NCBI GenBank assembly: GCA_036229005.1
Contig: JAZAMN010000020.1
Span: forward strand, 32,001-96,000
From: Myxococcota bacterium
GTDB lineage: Bacteria > Myxococcota_A > UBA796 > CAJQPC01
DNA length: 64,000 bases
Direction: 5' to 3'
In this document: positions 8,173 to 17,217 of the stretch, piece by piece
How the letters are laid out: every line of letters starts with the position of its first letter
Position numbering within the stretch: position 1 is the stretch's first letter
Program-made: the position numbers and the translations under genes
Notes under the pieces: model-generated
What the model was told of the DNA's origin: nothing
The model's database searches: none
Seen by the model: the letters and a program-made list of their open reading frames with translations, nothing else

Positions 8173-9504
8173 GTGATCCTCCAAGTCCGCCAAGGCCCCT
8201 CCCCCAACTGCTCCTCGCACGGCTCCGTGGTCGGGATGGCGCTGCTGTCGGCGGCCGGTGCGGCGGTGGTCCTGAATGTGTGGGCCGACCGATTCCTGGC
8301 CTGGACCCAGGGAAACCCGCCACCCGGGAGCCCGCCGGGCACGCCGCCCGAAGACCCGGTGTACCGAGAGGAAGAGGGCGGCCAGGTGCTGCTGGCCTTC
8401 CCCGACGGGCAGCTTCTGCTGGATGGACACCACGCCGACCTGGCCCGAAAGGCGCGCAGGATCGGCCTCGAACGCCAGGTCCCGGGCGCTCTGTCCGCGC
8501 CGGTGGAGGCACACCTCGCGCTCACGCACCGTTGCCCGGTGGCCTGCAAGAGCTGCTATCTGGAGGCAGGACCGGCGGGTCCGGCGTCCAAGGATCTGGG
8601 GCCCACCCTCCGGGATCTGGCGGCGCAAGGAGTTCTTCAGGTGGCCTTTGGCGGCGGCGAGGTGCTGCTGGATGCGCGCCTGCCAGAGCTGCTGAGCCAG
8701 GCCCGGGCGCTGGGGATGGTGCCGAACTTCACGACCTCGGGCTTCGGGCTGAACGCCGAGCTGGCGGCCCGCATCGCTCCCCACGTGGGCCAGGTGAACG
8801 TGTCCCTGGACGGGCTGGCGGGGACCTACGGGGCCTCCCGGGGCTGGGAGGGCGCGAAGCTGGGCCTCAAGAGCATCGACACGCTGGTGCAGGCGGGGGT
8901 GCCGGTGGGGGTGAACACGGTGCTGACCCGGGCTCTGTGGGACAACGACGCCGCGCTGCTGGCGCTGCAGGAGCGGCTGGTGCAGGCGGGCGTCCACGAG
9001 TGGCAGTGGCTGCGCTTCAAGCCGGCGGGCCGGGCGACGGAGACCTACGCCGAGCAGGCGCCGCAGGACCTCGAGCGGCAGATCTGGACCCGACTGCTGC
9101 GGGCGGAGGCGGCCGGGCTTCGGATGCGCATCGACTGCGCGCTGGTGCCCTTCCTGCCGGAGCTGCCGGTGGACCGCCTGCAGCGGCTGGGCGTGCAGGG
9201 GTGCCCGGGGGGCCACTCGCTGATGACCCGCTCGGCGACGGGAGAGTGGGCGCCCTGCTCTTTTGTGCCGGGGAGTCCCCAGGCCGACTGGGCAAGGGAC
9301 GCGACGATGGTGGCCTGGCGGGAGCGGGCGGCGAATCCTCCGGAGCCCTGCGGGTCCTGCCCACGGAAGGCGGTGTGCCGGGGCGGCTGCCGGGCGGTGT
9401 CGGCCTTCTTGACCGGTGACGCGCTGGCGCCCGACCCCGAGTGCCCCCGCGTTCGGGCCCACGCCGCGGCACCCCCAGATGCCCGCTCGGGAGCGACCCC
9501 ATGA
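8173..9504 (+). CDS. Radical SAM/SPASM-domain protein with an unusual N-terminal extension
   Basis: CPVACKSC, FGGGE, VSLDG. SPASM-type CPGG...PCSF...CGSC...CRGGC...PDPEC. Confidence 0.88.
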   Translation: MILQVRQGPSPNCSSHGSVVGMALLSAAGAAVVLNVWADRFLAWTQGNPPPGSPPGTPPEDPVYREEEGGQVLLAFPDGQLLLDGHHADLARKARRIGLERQVPGALSAPVEAHLALTHRCPVACKSCYLEAGPAGPASKDLGPTLRDLAAQGVLQVAFGGGEVLLDARLPELLSQARALGMVPNFTTSGFGLNAELAARIAPHVGQVNVSLDGLAGTYGASRGWEGAKLGLKSIDTLVQAGVPVGVNTVLTRALWDNDAALLALQERLVQAGVHEWQWLRFKPAGRATETYAEQAPQDLERQIWTRLLRAEAAGLRMRIDCALVPFLPELPVDRLQRLGVQGCPGGHSLMTRSATGEWAPCSFVPGSPQADWARDATMVAWRERAANPPEPCGSCPRKAVCRGGCRAVSAFLTGDALAPDPECPRVRAHAAAPPDARSGATP

Positions 9505-9806
9505 GCCCCGAGCTGCGCGCCCGACTGCCCCTGGCCCTGAGCGCCTTCGGGCTGGTGGGGACGGCCTCCTACACACTGCAGCGGCTCTACGATGCGGCCA
9601 CGGAGACGGACTCGGGGCTGATCCTGGCCACAGCCACGATCCCCTACTTCTGGCGGGCGGGCTCGGCGGCGCTGCACGCGCTGAGCGTGTTCGCGGTGAT
9701 GCTGGCGGTGCCGTCCAGCCTGTCCTCGTCGATGCAGGACAAGCTGCCTTGGGTGGTGTGGGGGGTCGTGATCCCCTGCGTTGTGGCCCTGTTGGTGGTG
9801 CCGTGA
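9501..9806 (+). CDS. Small membrane protein (101 aa)
   Basis: ATGA overlap with the rSAM stop; about three hydrophobic segments; IPYFWR motif. Confidence 0.7.
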   Translation: MSPELRARLPLALSAFGLVGTASYTLQRLYDAATETDSGLILATATIPYFWRAGSAALHALSVFAVMLAVPSSLSSSMQDKLPWVVWGVVIPCVVALLVVP

Positions 9807-10246
9807 ACCCCCACCTCTTCTCCCTGCTGGAGCGCGTGCACGGACACGCGGCGCTGCTGGGCCTGGCGCTGCTGCTGCACCCGGTGTTCTCGCTGCGGGC
9901 GGGCCGTCTGGCGTCTCGGGGAACGCGCATCGCGGCGGGGCTGTCGGCGGCGTTGATCGCGCTCCCATCGGCGCTGGGGTGGTGGCTGTACCCGACCTAC
10001 CGGCGGGAGATCAAGCCGGGGCTGCGCCAGGACATGCCGGCGCTGATGTGGGCCTTCGAGTCCAAGGAGCACCTGGCCTTTGGCTGCCTCTGCCTGACAC
10101 TGGGAGGCGCCGCGCTGCTGCTGGCCCGCCCCCGACACGCCCCCAGCCTGCGGCTGGCCCGACACCTGCTGGCGGCGGCGTTTGTGTGTGGTGGGATCGC
10201 TGGTGGGATCGGCTTCTTTGTGGCAGGTGGCACGCCGGCCTGGTGA
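9803..10246 (+). CDS. Membrane protein (147 aa) with His-containing motifs
   Basis: GTGA overlap; about four TM segments; HGH, LLHP, YPTYR, FESKEHLAFG. Confidence 0.7.
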   Translation: MNPHLFSLLERVHGHAALLGLALLLHPVFSLRAGRLASRGTRIAAGLSAALIALPSALGWWLYPTYRREIKPGLRQDMPALMWAFESKEHLAFGCLCLTLGGAALLLARPRHAPSLRLARHLLAAAFVCGGIAGGIGFFVAGGTPAW

Positions 10247-10274
10247 GGTAGGCTCCCCCCTCCCCGGAGCGCCC

Positions 10275-10997
10275 ATGACCGTCGACGAGCTGCTGGCCCC
10301 CTTCGGCCAAAGAGAGCAGGCCCTGCTGTGGCCTCTGGTTCGGACCACACAGATCCCCGTGACCGGACCGGTGCGGGAGGGGCCCCACGACCAACTGGGC
10401 GGCGCCCCCTGGCTGCCCGCGGGCACCACACACCCCGACTGCGCGTGCTGCGGCGAGCCCCTGGCGCTCTTTGTGCAGCTCCGCACGGACCCGCTGCTCA
10501 AGGCCTTCCCGGGGCTGCCGGCGGGCAAGCTGGTGCAGCTCTTCTACTGCATCAATGGAGACGGCCCCTGCGAGGTGGACGGAGAGGCCTGGATGCCTTT
10601 CAACGGCTGCACCCAGGGTCACCTCGTCGATGCCAGCGCGTCCGGGAGAATGGGGAAGGCCCTGCTGCCCGGGAAGGGGATCCACGGTTGGAGGCCGGCC
10701 TTCGATCTGCCTCACCCCGAGGACATCCCCCCGGAGATCGACGCGAAGCTGGAGGACCTGCCCTGGGAGCCGCTGTGGGAGGCCAACCACGACGGAGACA
10801 AGCTGGGCGGCTGGCCCAAGTGGGTGCAGGGCCCGGAGCTCCCCGACTGCCCGGAGTGCGGCCAGCAGTGCCGCTTTCTGTTTCAGGTCGACTCGGAGTG
10901 TGGGGTCGACTGGATGTTCGGGGATGCGGGGATCGCCCACCTGTCCTACTGCGTGGCCCACCCCCACCAGCTCGGCTTTGGCTGGGCCTGTGGCTGA
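10275..10997 (+). CDS. DUF1963/YwqG-like protein
   Basis: QLGGAPW...CACCGEPLALFVQL, KLGGWPKWVQ, CPEC, LFQVDS, MFGDAG. Confidence 0.75.
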   Translation: MTVDELLAPFGQREQALLWPLVRTTQIPVTGPVREGPHDQLGGAPWLPAGTTHPDCACCGEPLALFVQLRTDPLLKAFPGLPAGKLVQLFYCINGDGPCEVDGEAWMPFNGCTQGHLVDASASGRMGKALLPGKGIHGWRPAFDLPHPEDIPPEIDAKLEDLPWEPLWEANHDGDKLGGWPKWVQGPELPDCPECGQQCRFLFQVDSECGVDWMFGDAGIAHLSYCVAHPHQLGFGWACG

Positions 10998-11031
10998 GCT
11001 CCGCCCGCCGGCGAGGACAGGCTCGTTCTCC

Positions 11032-11175
11032 GAAGCATGAATTCCGACACTCTTCGCGTGCCGGAACTCATGCTCCAGAGAACGATTGTCTTCTCCGGGG
11101 GACACCCCCGGAAATGCGCCTTGCGGCGCAGCCCCCGCGGGCCCACTCGGGCCCGTGTTCTGCCGGACGGGCCTG
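11032..11175. repeat. Cluster of intergenic hairpins between convergent genes (REP-like or terminator)
   Basis: AGCATGAATTCCGACAC...GTGCCGGAACTCATGCT imperfect IR; TCCGGGGG...CCCCCGGA; further short IRs. Confidence 0.5.
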
Positions 11176-11210
11176 TTTGGAGCTCTTGCCCGGCAGAACT
11201 ACCCGAGGGG

Positions 11211-12491
11211 CTACTCGGCGCTGCGGGGCACCACGAACTCGTCGAGCACGTTGCCCTGCAGGTCGCGCACGACCACGTCGATCTGGGTCGCGGAGAAGTC
11301 GGCGATGATGTAGTGCTCGACGGGGTTGGCGACGGAGCCGAACCACTCGCTCTCGGACTCCTTGTAGAGCGGCGCGCCGGCCCCGCCGGAGACCAGGTAG
11401 ACGGTGCCGGAGCCGGGGGCGACCTCGCCGTCCTCGCGGATGGGCACGCTGCGCTCGTAGATGTGGTTGTGGCCCGCGACCACCATGTTGACCTTCCAGC
11501 GGTCGAAGGTGGGGCCCCAGTCGTCGCGCAGGCCCTCCTTGGAGCCGTGGCGGGTGCAGGTGCTGTAGAGGGGCTGGTGGTGGTTGACGACCTTCCAGGC
11601 GTCCTGGTTGTCGCTGAACACGGACTCCATGTACTGGACCTGGTCGGTGTCCAGGTGGGCGCCGTCCGAGACGGTGTCGTTCAGGCTGACGAACACGGCG
11701 TCGCCGTACTGGATGGCGAACCACTGCTCGTTGTTCGGGAAGGCGAACTGGGCGAAGTAGTTCTGGGCCAGGAACTCGTGGTTGCCGTGGGCGCTGATGA
11801 GCGCGCGCTCCGCGAGCAGGGTGCCGCTGGCCTCGAACCAGGCGTCCCACTCGGACTGGGCGCTGCCGAACTCCACCATGTCGCCGGAGAAGAGGTAGAA
11901 GTCCGGCGCGTGGCTGTCCATGGCGGTCAGCATCTGGCCCCAGGTCTCGTAGGCGCCGCGGGAGTCGCCGGCCATGGCCACCCGGAAGTCCGTGAAGGAG
12001 CCGGGCTCGCCGGGGGTGGTGAAGGTGAAGGTGTCCGACCAGTGGCCCTCGCCGCCGACGCGGTAGCTGTAGCTGGTGGCGGGCTGGAGGCGGCCGCACA
12101 TGCGGATCTCGTGGATGCGGTGGTCCCCCGCGCCGATCTCGCCGCCGCCGAACACGAAGCTGGCGCCGTCCAGGGTCTCGGCGTTGTCGGGGAAGCCGTC
12201 CGCGGTGCCGATCTGGATCTGGCTGGCCAGGGTGTCGGTGTCCGTGCGCCACAGGAAGGCGGCGCTCTTGGAGGGGTCCCGCTCGGGCCACTGGTAGCGC
12301 ACCTGGTAGGGGTCGGGCGCGCTGCTGCCGAAGGTGGCCTCGTGGGCGGTGGCGAGCATGGCGTCGCCAGAGAGGATGCCGGCGGGGACGTAGATCTCCT
12401 CGTCGCAGTCGCCGTAGACGCCCTCCTTCTCCACGGTGGAGTCGGTGCCCTCGGGGTAGAAGTCGCAGGCCAGCAAGGTCAGCAGGAACAT
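11211..12491 (-). CDS. Purple acid phosphatase-like metallophosphoesterase lipoprotein with FN3-like N-domain
   Basis: LLAC lipobox; YSYRVG; GDSR, GDMV, GNHE, GHNHIYER. Confidence 0.88.
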   Translation of the reverse strand: MFLLTLLACDFYPEGTDSTVEKEGVYGDCDEEIYVPAGILSGDAMLATAHEATFGSSAPDPYQVRYQWPERDPSKSAAFLWRTDTDTLASQIQIGTADGFPDNAETLDGASFVFGGGEIGAGDHRIHEIRMCGRLQPATSYSYRVGGEGHWSDTFTFTTPGEPGSFTDFRVAMAGDSRGAYETWGQMLTAMDSHAPDFYLFSGDMVEFGSAQSEWDAWFEASGTLLAERALISAHGNHEFLAQNYFAQFAFPNNEQWFAIQYGDAVFVSLNDTVSDGAHLDTDQVQYMESVFSDNQDAWKVVNHHQPLYSTCTRHGSKEGLRDDWGPTFDRWKVNMVVAGHNHIYERSVPIREDGEVAPGSGTVYLVSGGAGAPLYKESESEWFGSVANPVEHYIIADFSATQIDVVVRDLQGNVLDEFVVPRSAE

Positions 12492-12499
12492 GGTCGGAC

Positions 12500-13615
12500 T
12501 CAGAAGCTCAGGTGGGCGGAGAGGATGAAGCTGTCGTTGTCGTAGGGGTGGTCTTCCAGCTCGGTGTTGTGGCTGTAGACCGCCGACAGGCGCAGGTCGT
12601 GGATGGAGGAGAACCAGGCCTCACCGGCGTAGAGGGTAGCGCCGAAGCTGAGGCTCCGCCGGGCCTGGGCGGGGTCGTCCGCGCTGACCAGGGCGACGTC
12701 GTCGGTGAGGGGGATGAGCTCGTCGATCTGCTGGTAGCGGGCGAGCAGGGCCAGGTGCTCGTGGGTCCAGGCCGAGCCCGGAACGAACACGCCGGCCTGG
12801 GCGTACCAGCCGAACTGGTCGTAGTCGGGGATGGCGACGGCCTGCCAGTCGGTGCGGCGCCAGAGGACCTCGGCCTGCAGGTTCAGCTCCCGCCAGTGCA
12901 GGAAGAACTCGCCATTGTGACCGATCGTGGCCGACTCCTGGCCACTGCGCCCCGTCACGTTCAGGTGCCCGGCGTAGCCAAAGGAGACGGTGAAGGGGTC
13001 GTTCGGAGACAGCAGCTCACCGGCGGTGGAGCCGGGCCCGCCCACCGGGCTGTAGACCGCGCGCCAGACGTAGAGGAACTTGCGGTTGACGTTGCTCAGG
13101 CGGTTGCGGCCCTCGCCGTTGAACGCGGCGGCCTGCAGCTCGACGTGGTTCTCCCCCAGGCTGCTGTAGAGCATCGCGCCCATCTCGCGGGCGGGGAGCA
13201 GGTCGGCGATCTGGCCGCGGTCGGGGAAGAGGGTGCGGCGGTCGCTGGCGAGCAGCGAGCGGTTGGTGGGCGCCTTGAACTGCCCCACGCGCAGACCGAC
13301 GGGGCCCTGGCGGTAGTCGATGTAGGCGTCCTGCAGGCGGGCCTCGGGCATCATCTCGACGCCGATCTTCCAGCGCAGGGTGCCAGGGCCCTCCAGGGTG
13401 CCGTCCTGCTCCAGGCGCACGCGGGTGACGTTGAAGCCGACCTCGCCCAGGGTGTTCGCCTCGGCGTCGTCCGGGCTGTAGGAGAAGCGGGGCTGGACGA
13501 AGCCGCCCACGCCCACCCGCAGGCGGGTGAACTCCCCGTCGGGATCGGTGTCCAGCAGGTCGTAGGCCTGGGCGCTGGGGCTCAGGGTGGAGAGAATCAG
13601 CAGCAGCACGGTCAC
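12500..13615 (-). CDS. Outer-membrane porin, OprO/OprP-like
   Basis: Signal peptide; LQDAYIDY, LRVGQFKAP, NGEG; C-terminal Phe; upstream of the phosphatase. Confidence 0.75.
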   Translation of the reverse strand: MTVLLLILSTLSPSAQAYDLLDTDPDGEFTRLRVGVGGFVQPRFSYSPDDAEANTLGEVGFNVTRVRLEQDGTLEGPGTLRWKIGVEMMPEARLQDAYIDYRQGPVGLRVGQFKAPTNRSLLASDRRTLFPDRGQIADLLPAREMGAMLYSSLGENHVELQAAAFNGEGRNRLSNVNRKFLYVWRAVYSPVGGPGSTAGELLSPNDPFTVSFGYAGHLNVTGRSGQESATIGHNGEFFLHWRELNLQAEVLWRRTDWQAVAIPDYDQFGWYAQAGVFVPGSAWTHEHLALLARYQQIDELIPLTDDVALVSADDPAQARRSLSFGATLYAGEAWFSSIHDLRLSAVYSHNTELEDHPYDNDSFILSAHLSF

Positions 13616-13644
13616 CTCGGCGCGCGCAGGCTAACAGGAGGGGG

Positions 13645-14508
13645 ATGCTGTGGTTGGCCACAATCCTGGGAGCGCAGGGTGCCGAGCTCGCGGAGGCGCG
13701 GGCTGCGGAGCGGGCTGGGGATCCGGAGCGCGAGCGCGCGGTCTGCCTGGAGCTGCCCGACGAGCCCCGCTGCGTGGAGCGCCTGGAGGTGCTGCAGGCC
13801 CGCCAGGACGCGGATGGAGGGCTGCGGGGGCTGGCGACTCTGGAGGCGGCCCGGCGGGGAGAGGAGGTGGATCTGGAGCCCCTGGCAACGGGGCACACCT
13901 CCCCCACTCTGCGGGCAGAAGCGGGCTTGTTGCTGGCATCCCGCTCCACCGGCGAGGACAGCCTGAGGTGGACCCAGCCCTTGTGGGATCTGGGCGCCGA
14001 GCACCCCCTGCGCGAGCAGATCGGCCGCGCGCACGCGCTGGCCTTGGCCCAGGCCGGGCGCCTGGATGATGCGGCGCAGGTGGAGGCGCAGTGGGCCGAG
14101 GACCTGAGCGCGCGGCCCAACGAGGGCGTACGCATCGAGCGCCTCAAGCACCGACAGCGGGTGCTGGGTGGGCTCTCGGGCGGGCTGCTGGCGCTCTACC
14201 TGCTGGGTGCCGCGGCGCCCGCGTTCCGGGGCCGCCGGGTCCTGCGGCGCGCGCGGGGCTTTGTGCCGATGCTGGCGGTGGGCCTGCTCTCCGCGCTGCT
14301 CGCCGGGCTGTGGGACCGCCACGCGGGGGGTTCGGTGCTGCTCTGCCTGCCGGGGTGGCTGGCGCTGCACGCAGTGTCGGTGGCCGCGCTGTCCGAGACC
14401 CGCGGGTGGGTGCGCGGGGGGCTGCGGGTCGGCGCCGGGGTGACCTCGCTGGCGGTGGGGTTCTTGGTGCTGTGGTGGCGCCAGGATCTGGGGTGGTTGG
14501 GGCTCTGA
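13645..14508 (+). CDS. Hypothetical membrane protein
   Basis: Strong RBS; short signal peptide; helical region and C-terminal TM segments. Confidence 0.6.
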   Translation: MLWLATILGAQGAELAEARAAERAGDPERERAVCLELPDEPRCVERLEVLQARQDADGGLRGLATLEAARRGEEVDLEPLATGHTSPTLRAEAGLLLASRSTGEDSLRWTQPLWDLGAEHPLREQIGRAHALALAQAGRLDDAAQVEAQWAEDLSARPNEGVRIERLKHRQRVLGGLSGGLLALYLLGAAAPAFRGRRVLRRARGFVPMLAVGLLSALLAGLWDRHAGGSVLLCLPGWLALHAVSVAALSETRGWVRGGLRVGAGVTSLAVGFLVLWWRQDLGWLGL

Positions 14509-14513
14509 GTGGG

Positions 14514-15236
14514 TCAGCCCAGGTGCTCTTTGAGCCAGCGGGCCTTGGCGATGGTCTGTACGCCGGCCTCCCACTGGGCGAGCTGGTCGGGATCGCGGGG
14601 GAAGCGCTGGGTGATGTAGTCGTCGGCGGGCAAGTCGAGCGCGGCGAGCTTGCGCAGGGCGGGGGCCAGGCGGGGGTCTTCGCGGAAGTCGGGCTGCAGG
14701 TCGTAGAGGTCGAGCATGATCAGGAAGCCGGCCCAGCCCTGGATGAGGTCGCCGTCCACATGCTCGGGGGCCTGGGACATCCAGGCGAGCAGCTCGATGG
14801 CGGGGCTCAGGTCGTGGGGATCCAGGGGGACGGGCTCGGCGGCGAGGCCCTGGATGAGGCCGGCGTCCACAGCGGACTGCCAGAGGGGCAGGCGGGGCTC
14901 GACCCAGACGCCCGCGGGGATGCGGGGGCCGGGCTGGACGTGGGCCTGGTACCTGAGCTCGCCGGCGCTGAGCCAGTCGGACTTGCCGCTGGCGAGCTGG
15001 GCTTGGGCCTGAGCGCGGAGGGCGGGGTCGGGGAGCTTGTCGGCGGGCAGGACCGAGAAGACGCCGAGGTCCAGGAGCTTGTCCCAGTTGCGGAAGTGGG
15101 TGTAGCCGCAGTCGAAGAGGCCCTGGAGGTCGTAGAGCTGGACGGCCAGGCGGCGGCGCTGGGCGATGTCCCGGTCCTGGCGGTGGACGAAGGTGACGGC
15201 GGCCTCGACGAGGGCCTCGATCTCGTGCATGGACAT
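14514..15236 (-). CDS. Hypothetical protein
   Basis: 240-aa ORF with host-like codon usage. Confidence 0.6.
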   Translation of the reverse strand: MSMHEIEALVEAAVTFVHRQDRDIAQRRRLAVQLYDLQGLFDCGYTHFRNWDKLLDLGVFSVLPADKLPDPALRAQAQAQLASGKSDWLSAGELRYQAHVQPGPRIPAGVWVEPRLPLWQSAVDAGLIQGLAAEPVPLDPHDLSPAIELLAWMSQAPEHVDGDLIQGWAGFLIMLDLYDLQPDFREDPRLAPALRKLAALDLPADDYITQRFPRDPDQLAQWEAGVQTIAKARWLKEHLG

Positions 15237-15481
15237 GGGGGGCTCCGCGCGGGGGTCGATCCCGCCGGGGCTTTGCGGGGCGGGGCCTCAGCATAGGCGA
15301 GAGCGGCTTCGCCGGGAGGCGACCCCAAGTTGTTTCGGGGGGCTGAAGCGGCAGAGCCGAGCTTTGCGGGGGCGCTCCTCTCGCTACGGCGGGCGCTGGG
15401 GGCGCGCACAGCGGAAATGGCGACGGACGCGACACCAAGCCGTCGCTTGCCCAGGGGGATGGATCCGAGCACTGAGGCGCC

Positions 15482-16249
15482 ATGCTGCTCCTGATCTTCA
15501 CCGCTTGTGGCCTGAGCTCCTACGAGGCCCCGTCGCTCACCCAGGACACCGCGGTGGACTCCGGCGGGGACAGTTGGGAGGCGGACGCGGACACGGACGC
15601 CGACAGCGACTCGGACTCCGACTCCGACGCGGACAGCGACTCCGACGCGGACTCGGACGCCGACAGCGACGCCGACTCCGATGCGGACAGCGACGCCGAC
15701 TCGGATCCCGGCGACTCCAAGGCCAACCCCCGGGAGCCCAAGGCCGGCGAGATCGTGATCTCCGAGCTGATGATCAACCCGGCGGCGGTCGGCGATGACG
15801 CGGGCGAGTACACGGAGCTGACCAACACGAGCTCGGCGTGGCTGGACCTTGACGGGGCCATCCTGGCGGACGAGGACAGCGACTCCTGCGCGATCACCCC
15901 GGCCTCCAGCGGGAGCCTGGTGGTGGGCCCCGGCAAGCGCCTGGTGATCTGCGCAGCCCTGAGCGCCAACGGCGGCGTGACCTGCCAGGGCAGCATCAAC
16001 CCGGTGAGCACGGGCGGGGGCTTCGTGCTGGCCAACGGCGGGGACGAGGTGCTGCTGATCCTCAACGGGAGCACCCTGGACCAGTTCGCCTACTCGGGCA
16101 GCTTCGACGCGTCGGGCGCCGCGCTGGGGGTCCGCTCCGGCAAGCTGACCACGGCCGGGAACGACGACGAGAGCAGCTGGTGCGAGCAGACCAGCGGCTT
16201 GAGCGGGGGCGACGCAGGCACCCCGGGGGCAGCGAACGACCCCTGTTGA
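15482..16249 (+). CDS. Lipoprotein with Asp/Ser/Ala repeat linker and lamin-tail-like domain
   Basis: FTAC lipobox; DADS repeats; IVISELMINP...GEYTELTN...LANGGDEVLL...GTPGAAN. Confidence 0.8.
   Translation: MLLLIFTACGLSSYEAPSLTQDTAVDSGGDSWEADADTDADSDSDSDSDADSDSDADSDADSDADSDADSDADSDPGDSKANPREPKAGEIVISELMINPAAVGDDAGEYTELTNTSSAWLDLDGAILADEDSDSCAITPASSGSLVVGPGKRLVICAALSANGGVTCQGSINPVSTGGGFVLANGGDEVLLILNGSTLDQFAYSGSFDASGAALGVRSGKLTTAGNDDESSWCEQTSGLSGGDAGTPGAANDPC
15582..15716 (+). repeat. Coding tandem repeat (DADS/DSDS)
   Basis: Degenerate GACGCGGAC/GACAGCGAC/GACTCCGAC units within the lipoprotein ORF. Confidence 0.8.
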
Positions 16250-16308
16250 GGGGCCCCCGCCGGGGCCCAATCCTGGAGACCCCGTCCTGAGGACTCAGCC
16301 CTGGAGAC

Positions 16309-16581
16309 TCAGTCCTGGGAGCCGGGGCCGTCGTCGCCGATCGCCTCGACCGGGCAGTTCTCCATGGCCTCTTCACACTGCTCGAGCTCTTCGGCGTCTT
16401 CCGGCTGCTTGTAGCAGATGTCGTGGTCCTCATCGTCGGACATGCGGAAGTTGTTCGGCGCCGCGTCCGAGCACACGGAGCAGAGGATGCACTCCTTGTC
16501 CACGTAGTAGACCACCTTCTTCCCGTCGATCACGACGGGGTGGATGACGTTGTCTTCCCAGATGTCGGTCGGGTCGGCCAC
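16309..16581 (-). CDS. Ferredoxin (single Fe-S cluster type)
   Basis: YYVDKECILCSVC...AP.NF...AMENCPVEAIGDDG. GTG start with GGAGG RBS. Confidence 0.9.
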   Translation of the reverse strand: MADPTDIWEDNVIHPVVIDGKKVVYYVDKECILCSVCSDAAPNNFRMSDDEDHDICYKQPEDAEELEQCEEAMENCPVEAIGDDGPGSQD

Positions 16582-16680
16582 GTGGACCTCCTGTGTAGGG
16601 GGACTCAAAAAGTCTGGCGGCGACTAACGCGCCAGCACCGGACCGTAAAACCGCAGCGCAGGACCGGTTAGACATGGGCC

Positions 16681-17217
16681 ATGTCGATTCTCAAGGTTGC
16701 ACAGCTCGGCCACCCTGTCCTGCGGCAGGTCGCGGCCCCGATTCCCCCCGAGCAGATCCTCAGTGAGCCCGTCCAGAGGCTGATCGAGGACATGTCCCAC
16801 ACCATGTTCGAGTACGACGGCGCCGGCCTGGCCGCCCCGCAGGTGCACGCCTCGGTGCGTCTGGTGGTCCTGGAGCTGCAGGGCGAAGAGCGGGTGCTCA
16901 TCAACCCGGTGATCACGCCCCTCACCGACGATCTGGTGCGGACCATGGAGGGCTGCCTGTCCGTGAGCGGCATGCGCGCGGCGGTGGACCGATACGCAAA
17001 GATCCGGCTGCAGGCCCTGGACGAGAAGGCCCAGCCCATCGACCTGGAGCTGGAGGACTTCGACGCGGTCGTCGTCCAACATGAGTGCGATCACCTGGAC
17101 GGCGTGCTCTACGTGGACAGATGTGACACCACGACGCTGGCGTTCATGGACGAGTACCAACGCTGGGGTCGCTTGGACACCCTGGCGGAGCGCATGGCGG
17201 CCGCAGAGGAGGAATGA
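16681..17217 (+). CDS. def: Peptide deformylase
   Basis: GAGLAAPQ, EGCLS, QHECDHLDG. Confidence 0.95.
   Translation: MSILKVAQLGHPVLRQVAAPIPPEQILSEPVQRLIEDMSHTMFEYDGAGLAAPQVHASVRLVVLELQGEERVLINPVITPLTDDLVRTMEGCLSVSGMRAAVDRYAKIRLQALDEKAQPIDLELEDFDAVVVQHECDHLDGVLYVDRCDTTTLAFMDEYQRWGRLDTLAERMAAAEEE

Noticed and set aside
15582..15716. Tandem repeats that might suggest a CRISPR array (also about 52340-52465)
   Set aside because: Degenerate codon-level repeats inside ORFs, with no unique spacers and no cas genes.
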